A stretch of DNA of 63,480 nt, counting the filler, from Octopus bimaculoides (Eukaryota), in NCBI RefSeq assembly GCF_001194135.2. It is 6 parts of 5 records of this genome, joined end to end, with 100 filler letters (N's around TTAATTAATTAA, not from the genome) between each part and the next. Parts side by side here need not be neighbours in the genome. Positions count along the whole stretch, not along the records: positions 1 to 14,734 come from NC_068983.1; positions 14,835 to 31,589 come from NC_068988.1; 4 more parts are not named here. One strand, given 5' to 3'. Under the pieces are notes generated by a model that made no database searches, was not told the DNA's origin, and saw only the letters and a program-made list of their open reading frames with translations. Made by a program: the position numbers and the translations under genes. Positions 12,273 through 24,135 of this stretch are shown here, piece by piece (the stretch's first letter is position 1; each line of letters begins with the position of its first letter).

Positions 12273-12845
12273 ATGCCGGACACTGAAGCTGCTGCTGAGA
12301 CTACCGCTACCCCGCCAGCTACTCCAGCTAAGACAAAGAAAGCTGTAAAATCGAAAGCCAGAACTACTAAAAGTCATCCTAAATACAAAGAAATGATAGC
12401 CGAAGCAATAACTGCCCTCCATGAACGAACGGGCAGTTCTCGCCAAGCTATAATCAAGTATATTAAAGCCAACTTCAATCTCGGAGGTGGCGATAAAGTT
12501 ATTGCTAACAATGTAAAGCAATCATTGAAGATGAGAATTGCCTCTGGTGATATTGTCCAGACAAAAGGTGTTGGAGCATCGGGGTCTTTCAAGTTGGTTG
12601 CTGCAGGTAAATCCAAGTCGAAAACTACAAAGTCCCAAACCAAGAAAACTAAGCCGAAGAAGCCTGCTGCTAAGACAGTAAAAAAGACACCCAAGAAATC
12701 TCCTAAAGCTAAGAAAACTGTTAAAGCGAAGAAAGTTGTAAAGGCAAAGAAACCCGCCAAGAAAACTGCTAAGCCAAAAAAGGCCCCTGCAAAGAAGAAG
12801 GTTGCTAAAAAACCAGCCAGCAAACCAAAGAAGGCTAAGAAGTAA
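12273..12845 (+). CDS. H1: Linker histone H1 (190 aa), globular domain H1.0/H5-like
   Basis: Intact intronless ORF: A/T/P-rich N-tail, winged-helix domain HPKYKEMI..GSSRQAIIKYIK..QTKGVGASGSFKL, K/A/P-rich C-tail with TPKK/SPK; followed by a histone stem-loop. Confidence 0.98.
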   Translation: MPDTEAAAETTATPPATPAKTKKAVKSKARTTKSHPKYKEMIAEAITALHERTGSSRQAIIKYIKANFNLGGGDKVIANNVKQSLKMRIASGDIVQTKGVGASGSFKLVAAGKSKSKTTKSQTKKTKPKKPAAKTVKKTPKKSPKAKKTVKAKKVVKAKKPAKKTAKPKKAPAKKKVAKKPASKPKKAKK

Positions 12846-12868
12846 ATTGTTCGCATTTTATTTCAAAC

Positions 12869-12884
12869 GGCCCTTTTAAGGGCC
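12869..12884 (+). promoter_or_regulatory. Histone mRNA 3' stem-loop (SLBP site)
   Basis: GGCCCT-TTTA-AGGGCC, flanked by CAAAC and AACAA, 23 nt after the stop; matches the metazoan consensus GGCYCTTTTMAGRGCC. Confidence 0.96.
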
Positions 12885-14778
12885 AACAAAATTTTGAGTT
12901 GGTCGCATGTCGATTATGAATGATATCTGACTTGGTCTAATGGCCGATTATTACATATTTGGTTTAAAGATGCCAAGTGTTTTGATTTTAGTCTCTATAG
13001 TCACCTTGTAAATATTTTTCTTTGCTTTTGCTAATGGCATACTTACTCAAGTGTGTTCCACTCGGTATTTTTCTCAACTTTCAGAAATGTTCTATGCAAT
13101 TCAATTAGTTGATTTGTACCAGAATTTGGAAAGAAAAATTGGGCGCGCAATCTACATTTCGAAAATTTCACGCAATCTACACCATCTGAGGTATTTATAT
13201 AAAAGTACCCATTTTGGGGGCATATTTTACGCACCTTACCCAGTTTTTGCATGTCGCATCAGCGCTCTAAATGATGACATTACCTACTTAAGTCATTTGG
13301 CTAGGTTGAAATGCATTTCTGTGCAGGAGTTTGGTAAACTGTGAAACCACGAAGTTTTCGCGTAATTGACGGAATAGATTACAATTTTTCCAGAGATGCC
13401 CATGCCTTAGAATATACTCATCGCTGCTATTTCCAATATACTAAACGATCAGTGTTAGACATGACAAATTGAAAGTAAAAGTATTAATTTATGCGCGTCC
13501 ACCAATTTTGTTTTCGTTTTAACTAATACATTATCTGAAAGGCATATGTAGAAATTTTCATAGGAAAATAGTCAACACAAGTGGCCCACAAACATTTTAG
13601 GCCTATATTCATGACTGACAAGCATCCCATTAGGCTTACATGACAAAAGCACTTTAAAACGATCAGTCATATATACACAATGTCCACATTTTGATTTTAT
13701 TTAGAGGGACTTTATTAAAATGGATCAATTGCGAGTGAGACTCCTTGTTGGCTGACCGAAGCATTCGATAACTGCCATTGGCTTACAAGAAGAAAACAGG
13801 ATGCTGGAAATGTGAAGGCGCGAAATACGAATTCGGAAACGAGTAGAAAGCTACATGTAACCATTTTGGCGCTTTTTCGTGTTTTGAAATGTGGAATATT
13901 TGAATAATTACAATGGTATTGATATTTGAATGGGGCATACTTGCTGAGAATTGTCTAATATGCAACGATCATTAACATTTTTCATGTTTCGCAGATATAC
14001 TTCCATGGACGTACTTTGGAGGCTGATCGAGTATAATCATGATTAGAGGATTTCTGACCATGAAGGAAATTTGCTAACAGCTAGGCATACGTAACTAAAT
14101 TCGGGCGGAGACTGACTATATGTAATCTGAACCTATTGAACATGCCCCAATATCTCTATTCTAAAGGAATAGACAAAAATAAAAACATTACGACCGTGAC
14201 AATCCTGTCTAATTTTCCATGTTTACTCTGGTTTTTTGAAGACTATGACGGAGAGATTTGACTTTCTAGAAGGCAGATCGACTACATTTGAAACTACTGC
14301 TGGTTGGTTCTGGTGTGGTAGTGGCAGGTGGTCTCTCACTCTAGCGCGATAATAGTTGGGTATCTACAATCGGAAAGACTTCATAGCCACTCGATCTTCC
14401 ACGAACATCAAATCTCCTTAACTTTTAAAAATAATCGAAATGTGATTAGGAAGTGAAGGCATAAGTGCCGTGCTTTAATGACCAATTTTTGTTGATATTT
14501 GGGAGGATGTAATGGATGAGGTGATTTTAAGTTAGGTTCTTTTGTTCTGAGGCTCCTAATATACTAAGAATTCAAATCAACCATACGACGTAGCCTGACA
14601 ACAGAATCCTTAAATATCGGGACTTGTCGGCAACCATTTCTTCCAGCCTATAGGGTTTGAGACGTTTGAAGGAAGCAAGGCTCGTTTTCGGGTATGGAGA
14701 TTTCGATTCTAAAAGAAAATTGGCAAAAGTCGCANNNNNNNNNNNNNNNNNNNNNNNNNNNNNNNNNNNNNNNNNNNN

Positions 14779-14790
14779 TTAATTAATTAA
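14779..14790. other. Assembly spacer TTAATTAATTAA within a 100-bp unknown-size gap (also 31634, 36336, 42687, 61058)
   Basis: Identical six-frame-stop 12-mer centred in N runs (44 N each side counted at the first site) at five places. Confidence 0.95.
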
Positions 14791-14850
14791 NNNNNNNNNN
14801 NNNNNNNNNNNNNNNNNNNNNNNNNNNNNNNNNNTATATATATATACATT

Positions 14851-14881
<31 letters not shown>

Positions 14882-16876
14882 ACTTCTATACATACATGCA
14901 TATACATATATACATATCTACACATATATGCGTGTATGTATTCATATGTATATATGCATATGTATGTGCCTCACTCCATCTCTCTCTCTCTCTCTGTATA
15001 TATGTGGATAAATATGTATCCAAATTTACGTACACACACACAGATATAAATATACATTGATACTCAAATATATATATGTATAATACACATACGTACGCAT
15101 CTAAACGCGTATTTTATGCGTATGTATACCAACATATATGTATGTATATACGTGAGTGTGTTTTTTGTGTGTGTATCTATCTATATATCCACTCGTTAGT
15201 GTTACTGATAAATATCTAATAAGAAAACTTTACTGATGAATGGTGTCCGTACATAAATGTAGAGGTCAAATTTATTATTAAAAATTGTCTGTTTGTCTGT
15301 GATTTCTAGTTACACCATTCGCGATGTTTATTCCAACAATAGTTTAATAAACAGAATTTGTCGGCATTTATACAAGAAAAGATATGTAGAAGATATAAGG
15401 GAAGGGGGTTCGTGGCCAGACAATTTAACCATTCTCTATATTGTGGCAGTGTTTGGAATTGACAGGATTGTCATTATATGGATGTTTAAGGATTCTAGAA
15501 ATAGTATATGGATATTCTATAAATACTATGTATTTGGGATTGTTTTGAGTTTCAGGAATTGACAATTATTATTAACTGAGAGGTAGTAGATAGGCAAGAA
15601 AAGGGTGAAAGGTGAGGGTAGTAATGGTAATTTGTTTTTGGAAGGCAATGGTTGTATGTATTTCTCTTTTTGTCTATGTGCTTGTCTTTATATATAGTGA
15701 GTGCGTATGAGTTTATATATAGGCATGCATACATACATACCTATACACACACATATACTTGATATGTATATGTTCTTACATGTACATATATTTGTATATA
15801 TATATATATATATATATATATNNNNNNNNNNNNNNNNNNNNNNNNNNNNNNNNNNNNNNNNNNNNNNNNNNNNNNNNNNNNNNNNNNNNNNNNNNNNNNN
15901 NNNNNNNNNNNNNNNNNNNNNNNNNNNNNNNNNNNNNNNNNNNNNNNNNNNNNNNNNNNNNNNNNNNNNNNNNNNNNNNNNNNNNNNNNNNNNNNNNNNN
16001 NNNNNNNNNNNNNNNNNNNNNNNNNNNNNNNNNNNNNNNNNNNNNNNNNNNNNNNNNNNNNNNNNNNNNNNNNNNNNNNNNNNNNNNNNNNNNNNNNNNN
16101 NNNNNNNNNNNNNNNNNNNNNNNNNNNNNNNNNNNNNNNNNNNNNNNNNNNNNNNNNNNNNNNNNNNNNNNNNNNNNNNNNNNNNNNNNNNNNNNNNNNN
16201 NNNNNNNNNNNNNNNNNNNNNNNNNNNNNNNNNNNNNNNNNNNNNNNNNNNNNNNNNNNNNNNNNNNNNNNNNNNNNNNNNNNNNNNNNNNNNNNNNNNN
16301 NNNNNNNNNNNNNNNNNNNNNNNNNNNNNNNNNNNNNNNNNNNNNNNNNNNNNNNNNNNNNNNNNNNNNNNNNNNNNNNNNNNNNNNNNCTATCGCCGAG
16401 CAAACACGCGAACTATCTCCTCCCTACTTTCAAGTTCGTGCCTCACAGCGTTCATACACACATAATTTTTCTCGTCTGGCCGTAAAGCCTTTTCTGTTTG
16501 TTTTCCTGTCTTGTTTTGTGTCCGCCACTACATTCCTCCATGGCAAGATTTAATTTGTGTATACAAATTTAATTTGCGGTCCATGGGAAGAGCCGTTTTA
16601 ACGATGCGTCAGAATGTTCTCTATGTGGCTTGTGTGTTTTCTCGTCTACGTTTTGTTTGCAATGTCCTGTACCCAGATATGCACCTATACATACAGGTGG
16701 ATGTCGGTATGCACATACCTGTACGTATATATGCATATACTCATTTACTATTTGTTTTTACATACACAGATACATATATATATATACATACATACACATA
16801 TATAGATACACATACATACATATACATAGATATACATACATATACATACATACATATACTTACATACATACATACG

Positions 16877-16958
<82 letters not shown>

Positions 16959-17698
16959 AAATATGTGCTGATGTTTTAGTTTAATTTGTAGTTTGGTTAT
17001 ATCTATATCTCTATATATATTTCATTCAGGAAATACAATGAAAATATATAATAAAGCTGACAGAAAAAAAAAGTAAAAAAGAAAGTAGATAAATGAAAAT
17101 AGAACTTTAAATACATTCAATAAATAAAATTAAGTGCCAAAACAGAAATAACAATTAAAAATAAATTTCACAAACATAAGTTGAGGTGTGATTGGTTAAA
17201 ATGTTCGAATCACAAACAAGAAGTTTCGAGTTCGATTTTAATATTCTTGATCCCATATTCGGCATATATGTTCGACCATGCCTTGTGAGTGAGAATGCAG
17301 TTGCAGGAAAACCTTTGTAGCTTATCGTATAAACTGGGTTTTAAATGTTCCTTTCTATCCCAGTTCTCTTGTTGGATGGAACGCTCAACTAACTGTAGTT
17401 TAGGACAGCGAAGACATCACAACGATATTTGAAAAGACGGAACAACGATCCTTAATACCAGAAAAGTCCTTATGACATACGTTCCTAACAGTATGTATGT
17501 ATATATGTTTGTCCTTGGGTTGAATCCTCAGATCATCACTCCATCCCATAAAGGACTGGTCTTAATTGCTACTTGCTGACAATAACGCATCCTCTACAGG
17601 AGATAATTTAATAAATCAAGGACTTACACACATGCACACATACATTTCACGCACGCACGCACACACTCACACACACATACACGCACACAGGGGTACAA

Positions 17699-17742
<44 letters not shown>

Positions 17743-18651
17743 ATATATATATATATATATCCATCACAAAGCTCCACCAGACTTCCTTCTTTGAAAACAA
17801 TGTAATTAAATAGTACGGTTAATGATACAACTACAAGAAATTTACTGGGGCAGTAATAACAAATATGGACAACAACGAAAGAAGTGAAATGTATATCATA
17901 TAAAGATGGAATATCCCATTGTTTCGATATAAAAATCGCCTCTCAGCACCCCAAGATTCAAATAACTCCAAATTAACCTTTACTTCTTTTTCTTTCGCAT
18001 TTCCTAAAAAAAATCATCGTTCTAGGTCGGGGGTTGTCAGAACTGTGAAAAGGGCGAGCAGGATTCCCATTTATTATTCTCTGGGGTCAATTTTCGCTAT
18101 AATATGATTATGTTAGACTTAACTCATCACCCGGATTAATCCGACCACCGGCCATCTTGGGTGATATGTGTATGAGTGAAATACCATAGGATTGCAGTGT
18201 CGGGTTGGAGCAGATAATTGTGGTTCAAGTAGAAAATGCTTTTCATGTCTAGTGGTTATGTTATCTAATGTAAAATATTAAATTCGCTGATACAACCAGA
18301 TTTACATTTGAGTACAAAATGAAAGGGTATTTTGGAAGAATGTTAATGCTTCATGATGCCGAATTTACAGAAAACTTGAGGAATGTATCTTCAAGATGTT
18401 TAAATTGTTAAGCCTGGAAATGGCAATTTATTGTATTCTACATTTTGCGACGTCCTGCAGAATTTTTCTCGTCATATATGGATAAGTCTTACAACTTTAT
18501 TCATATCACATAATCTCTTTCATACCTTATCATTAACGGAGGCATGCAAAGGGGCAGCGCGTAGCTATATCCCCTGTTTGTTGATATTCGCTTGCATCGT
18601 CCGGAGTACCCTACCGAACAAGTGTCATAATCAGTCCCTAACTCTGCGAGT

Positions 18652-18760
18652 GGGGGCGCTTGGCTTAGTCGGTTGTGTGTTGGACTCATGATCGTAAAAT
18701 TGTAGTTCCGATTTCTGGATCTGGCGATGCGTTTTGTTCTTGATTGAGACTTTAAACTTC
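18652..18760 (+). mobile_element. Degenerate tRNA-derived SINE head (family E-like)
   Basis: TGGCTTAGTCGGTT (A-box-like), GTTCCGATT (B-box-like), GTTCTTGA..AGACTTTAAACTTCA, similar to 62767. Confidence 0.45.
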
Positions 18761-19146
18761 ATCTGAAGACTGGTTCGACGCAAAAATAAGCTGCCATAAG
18801 GAACGAAAGATTCTGCTGAACAGGAATTTTGGAACATCTTTGACTCTAATCTAATTACTGAGTTCATCTATCTCTAAATATCCCACTGTTATTCTTAAGA
18901 ATTCTTTATAATAATAATAAGACCAAACCCACAAATATATACACAAGAACGACTACAACTTTATTAAAGGGTGATTAAAATATTGTTTCTAACTCTAATA
19001 CAAAGATTAATGCTAATTTTTCTTCTACCAAATTTTCCCTCCTTCTATAGGTCTTATTTTAAAGGGAGATAATTATTCAATAAATACAATGCATATTTAC
19101 ACACACACGCGCGCGCGTGTGTGTTTGTATGCAAATATATATAAAC

Positions 19147-19461
19147 ATATATATTTATATATAACGATGACCACTAAAGTGGACGTTCACATATTGTGTC
19201 TACTAAGACCTAATGGTTCTCAAATGAAATTCAGCGAAATACCAAACAGTATGCGGGCAAGACAGTGAAAATTACATAAATAAAACATTATTAACGAATA
19301 ATAATGTTTTCTTTATGTAATTTTCAGTCTTGCCTGCATACTGTTTGGTATTTCGCTAAATTTCTTTTGAGAACCATTAGGTCTTTGTAGACACAACATG
19401 TGATCTTCTTCTAGCACATTAAATGTCCACTTTAGTGGTCATCGTTATATATAAACATATA
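19147..19461. repeat. About 315-bp imperfect palindrome (arms ~150 bp, 5-nt loop at 19294-19298)
   Basis: Arms align by eye: 6 substitutions and a 2-nt indel over the inner ~107 bp, plus a ~19-nt insertion in the right arm. Confidence 0.93.
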
Positions 19462-19592
19462 CTTTAATCCGCTAAGATCTCAGATATTTTTTCTGAATCT
19501 CTCTGATTCTTTAAATGTGCTAGCTTCCTGGTAATAAATCGATATTAATTAATATCTGATTTTTTACCCTATGTTTTAATTTTATAAATAAA

Positions 19593-19664
<72 letters not shown>

Positions 19665-21099
19665 AGTAAAAATAAATACAAAAAAAGGGGTTTTGTATGA
19701 TTGTGTATAGAGGAATATATTATTTTGTTTAAAAGAGTTCCAACACTGTCTGTTTTTTATGTTTTATTTATATTCCTGCAAAACCAATGTGGGATATAGA
19801 ATATGGAATATACAATATATAATATAATATACAATATATAATATAAAATAAAAATGGATGGTACAATGAAATAAAGTATTGAATGTCTTATTGAATATAT
19901 GGAATATGTCTTATTGAATAGATGAAATATTGAGTGTTCAATATAAAGGATTAAAAACGCCAGATCATATATTCCAAATAAATGGAAGTGGAGAGACAAG
20001 TTACTGAAGAGATTGCAAGAGTGCAATGAAATAATTTAACAAAAAACTATATAAATTAATAAAGGACTGAACCAGTGCGTGTGTTTAATACCGGCATAAT
20101 GCCTCTCCCAAGGTTTAATTGTATTTCTTTCAACACACGTATCCACATCAAGAATCTTGCACACGAAATACACATACGAAAAATTATATATATATTTTTC
20201 ATATACAATATATATAGCATAGACTTACTATATATACTATGTATATAATATCTATCTATCTATACGTCTCTCTCTCCTTCTCTCACATCATTTGTTTGAG
20301 TGTGTATAGGTATGTTTGCATGCATGCAGGTATGCATGTATGTATTTACAGCGAAAGGAAATGGAAATGGCAAAAAATTCCATAGCATTCTTGAATTAGA
20401 ACTCGAAATTACCGTATTCACTTTGGCAGGAAAAAAATTAACTGGGTTCGATCCAAATGGCTTCTTTCTCTCTTTAAAACCAAATACACTTACTATGTCA
20501 TGCTTCGTTCTAATTTATCTCCTTATGTCTCTCGCCTACTTCTTCTGATTCAAAATGAAGAAAAATACCAAAGTAATATAATGTAATTATTTTAGTATAT
20601 AGTGTTTCACATGTCTGTACTGAAGACTCGCTATCTACTGATATGGAGCGGAAAGAGATATTAAATATATATGAACAAGATAATATCTTGAGTCAATTAC
20701 TTGCAAGGAAAATATGGAAAAAAAATACTTTAAATGAAAAAGGAAATTATTTTCATAACTTTACTCCCGTTAAAAGAAAAATAACTGAACCAGTAACTAA
20801 ATTACTTATGGAGAGAAATAAAAGTACGTTAACCACATCGGCAGCCTTCGTCTAATTGGTGCTGGTCGTGACGTGATGTATTTGCAGACGTTGACTTAGA
20901 AACTTTAGAGGAAGGAGGTTTTGTTGGTTATTCATTAATCTGTTTGGAAAGTACACGCGTCCGAGATATAGCAAATCCTAAAAAGAAAATACTAATGATA
21001 TAATATTACTATAATACATATTCGAATACGAACACAATTTTTCAAATTGTGCATACTGGTAGAGAGAATATTCATCCACAGTAACTCGTCTTCCAGTTC

Positions 21100-21470
21100 T
21101 CGAAGCAGAAGTAACATGCCGTTATTGAGTTCTTCAGAACAAAGAGATACCGTTTGCACACAGAAGAGTAACGATGTAGAATTTTAACGAAGAAAAGCAG
21201 TTGCGACTACAGACATCAATCGTCGGCAAGTGTACGAGTTGATTCGTACAGAGAGACGAGTCATAAGTTGTAAATTGGCTGCACCATAGGATAAGGGTCT
21301 CAACGCGTTACAGTTCACGGTAGAAACATTTGGGTATCAGAAAGTGTGAGCGACGTGGGTTCCTCAGCATTTCACAAGTGTCTTGAAGCAGAGAAGAGTA
21401 GTCTGTTCTGATCGGTTGCAAATGTCTAAAGACAAATTTTCTAACCTGGTCGTAGGCAATGAAACGTGAA
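21100..21470 (+). mobile_element. Old mariner transposase fragment (N-terminal half)
   Basis: HAVIEFF, GYQKV*ATWVPQ (WVP at 21356-64), LVVGNET* (GDETW-like). Confidence 0.75.
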
Positions 21471-21548
21471 AATATCTTTATGATACAGGAAGCGAAAGCT
21501 TAGTTACATGGAATGCCTTCACATTACATTCTCAAAGTTTCCAAAGGT

Positions 21549-21823
21549 GAATTATTCAAACAACAAAGAATTCCTCTCAACACATGGCTACGATGCTCCC
21601 CAACTACTTCTGCTCATGATCAGAGATGCACATATCGTCAGCCACCAAGGGACATGCTCAACTGGTTAAGGTCAAACAACTGACAAGCAAATCATTGGTA
21701 TTAAGCAGAATATTTGCTGTAGCCCATCTTTTTATACCAAGACAAAACAATGTACATTATAACACTTCCAATCAATTAAGTTCAGAAGCCATGAGAGCCA
21801 CTGTCTGGTACTGCATCCGGGCA
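21549..21823 (-). mobile_element. Family G element, 5' part, abutting an (ATT)n array
   Basis: Reverse complement of 49569-~49840, with the same 5' end directly after a TAA run. Confidence 0.85.
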
Positions 21824-21853
21824 TTTATTATTATTATTATTATCATTATTATT

Positions 21854-21922
21854 CAGGTCACTACCTGGAACCGAACTCGGAATCTTGGGGTTAGTAGCCC
21901 TCGCTATTAACCAATAGGCCAC
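21854..21922 (-). mobile_element. Very short tRNA-derived SINE with (TAA)n tail
   Basis: GTGGCCTATTGGTTAA (A box), GGG-CTACTAA-CCC anticodon-like arm, GAGTTCGGTTCC (B box), then AGGTAGTGACCTG(AAT)n. Confidence 0.7.
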
Positions 21923-22484
21923 TAACAACGTGCGTTCGTATGTATGTATATGCAGCTGTTAAAATACGGATGTGGTTATACATATATCATTTATTTAATA
22001 GCAGTATCAGCAGCACCTTGAGTATCAGTAGTACCTATTTACCTATTTTATGTAATAACCTAGCAGATGCATGGTTTAGTTATTTTGTATGAAAGATACT
22101 TATACTTTTCCAAAACAAAGCAGTTTTATATGTAGCAATGCCAAAAGCAAATTGTAATACAAATACTTCAAATATTTGGATAAATATCGTGCAAGGGCGT
22201 AAAAAGGAATTCTAAAGCTTCGGGCAGAAAATAATTTTGAGCAAAAATGAAATGTATACTAGTTTTAGATGGGTAAATATACAGTACGTAACGGGAATGA
22301 AGTAGAATTTTACGACTGCAACATATGAGGATGGCAAGTAAGAAAAAGGAGAAGTAACAAGCATTTTCGAGAGGGAAGACAAATATTGTGGGGAGGGGGA
22401 AATATGAAAGCCAACAGAATTGTTAAACTGAAATCGAAATTGACATATACGTATGCATGTATGTATTCATCTGCTGTGTATGTG

Positions 22485-22516
<32 letters not shown>

Positions 22517-22834
22517 GTATGAATGTGTGTATGTATGTATGTATGTATGTATGTATGAATGGATAGATGGATGGATGGATGTATTGATGGACGGATGGAT
22601 GGATGATAGATGTATGTAAGTATGTATGTCTGTATATATATATAGATAGATAATTACATAAATACATACACACATGCATACACACACATACATACATACA
22701 TACATACATACGCGCACGAACATACTTTTCGTGGAACTTCGGCAGCTTTCACTAGTGAAAACTGAGCACTGCTGTTTTCTGTTGTCAGTACATTGGTGAA
22801 AACGATGTTGGATCAAACATCTTTCTTTCCTATA

Positions 22835-23028
22835 TAATTATTTTACAAGTAGCGCTATAATTTATTAAGGAGGTTGTTGTGTAAAGGTGCTGCGCATAAA
22901 TATCGACCAAACGAGCGTCACTTTAATTACCACATTACAAATGGCAACCATTTATAAAGGGCAATGCTACGTTAATTATTAAAAAAGATATGAAGATAAT
23001 TATTCCCCAAAAGAGCATAATATTTATA
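22835..23028. repeat. 194-bp direct repeat, copy 1
   Basis: Matches 26097-26290 with one mismatch (GGTGCTGCGC vs GGTGGTGCGC); offset 3262 bp. Confidence 0.96.
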
Positions 23029-24102
23029 TATAAGAAATAGATAAAATATTGATGAATCGACACAATCTCGCATGCGCAAACAAACTCACACACAGATACA
23101 CAAACGCACACACACCCGTGCACGCGCATACGTATTACAATTGTTGTAAATTTCGGTGGAAGTTTACAGATTCAGAAAAAAAAAACCCATTTAAACATGC
23201 ATTTGATAAAAATGCCAATGCAGATATTGAGATAGAGAAAGATGTACTTCAGTGTGAAAGCTTGCTGGAATTAGTGTTGTTTGAAGATTATAACGGAAAA
23301 CATATGAGTTAGTGAGAAACTAAATCAGCGATAAGAATTCACTCCATCGAAGAAATAATTGTATAATGAATTAAATATCGTGCTTGCTGAAAAGCAAGAT
23401 ATATAGATTATAATCTTTGGTTTGTGGAGTCCGTTTTCTGGTTATTTTTTTAAAAACAAACGCCTTAATACTGTTTTATTACCTAGAGATCGAAAAGAAT
23501 GAAAATACGTCGCTACAAACAACTAACGGATAATTATTACCGTAGAAAAAAACGTTTTAACATTCAGTAATTTAATTATGATTTATTCGTTATGCTGATT
23601 AATATATGTACAGATAGAGTTGCGTGGTTAACAGGTTTTCTTTGCAACCGTGAAGTTTTGGGTTCGGTCCTTCTGAAGACACGTTGGCAATTATTTGTGT
23701 GCGAATTTGGAACATGGAAACTGTGCGAAGCCAATCATATGTAAACACACTCACATGCACACACACGCACACATACACAAATAACGAGGGTGTTAGAAAT
23801 AACTACATTGCTAGAAATAAGAGCTAAAATGCTGTAGTCAAAGCACATAACTGTATACATATATACTGACAAAGATTATGATCCCCCGAAAACACCGCTT
23901 GAGAATTCACTCCCTACTGACCGTTTCGTTCCAGCAATATCCGTTACCTCATCAGTAAAGACTGCTCGACTTCAGCTGATTCCGGACTGAATCCTATCAA
24001 TATATGTCTTCAATTATATGCACCAGCATGACCGCAGTCAACTGACTGCAACAAGTAAAAGAGGAAAGAGTGTGTATGTTTATATATATATATGTGTGTG
24101 TG

Positions 24103-24135
<33 letters not shown>

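Noticed and set aside
12374-12856. 160-aa hydrophobic ORF antisense to H1
   Set aside because: Mirror of the Lys/Ala-rich H1 codons; no independent evidence.
12885-13720. Poly(A) signal or strong histone downstream element for H1
   Set aside because: No AATAAA seen in this interval; only a weak GAGTTG ~11 nt after the stem-loop, too short to call.
13978-14095. Strong-looking splice acceptors (TTTTTCATGTTTCGCAG; also 40372-80 and 56101-12) as host-gene exons
   Set aside because: Downstream frames close quickly or give no recognisable peptide (40381-40451 has one open frame only); cannot be supported without RNA data.
14779-14790. Recurrent TTAATTAATTAA motif between N runs
   Set aside because: Artificial six-frame-stop spacer of the assembly, not biology.
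21854-21922. Functional tRNA gene (also the tRNA-like heads at 36028, 39949, 62767)
   Set aside because: No complete cloverleaf or acceptor stem and no oligo-T terminator; followed by SINE bodies or tails.
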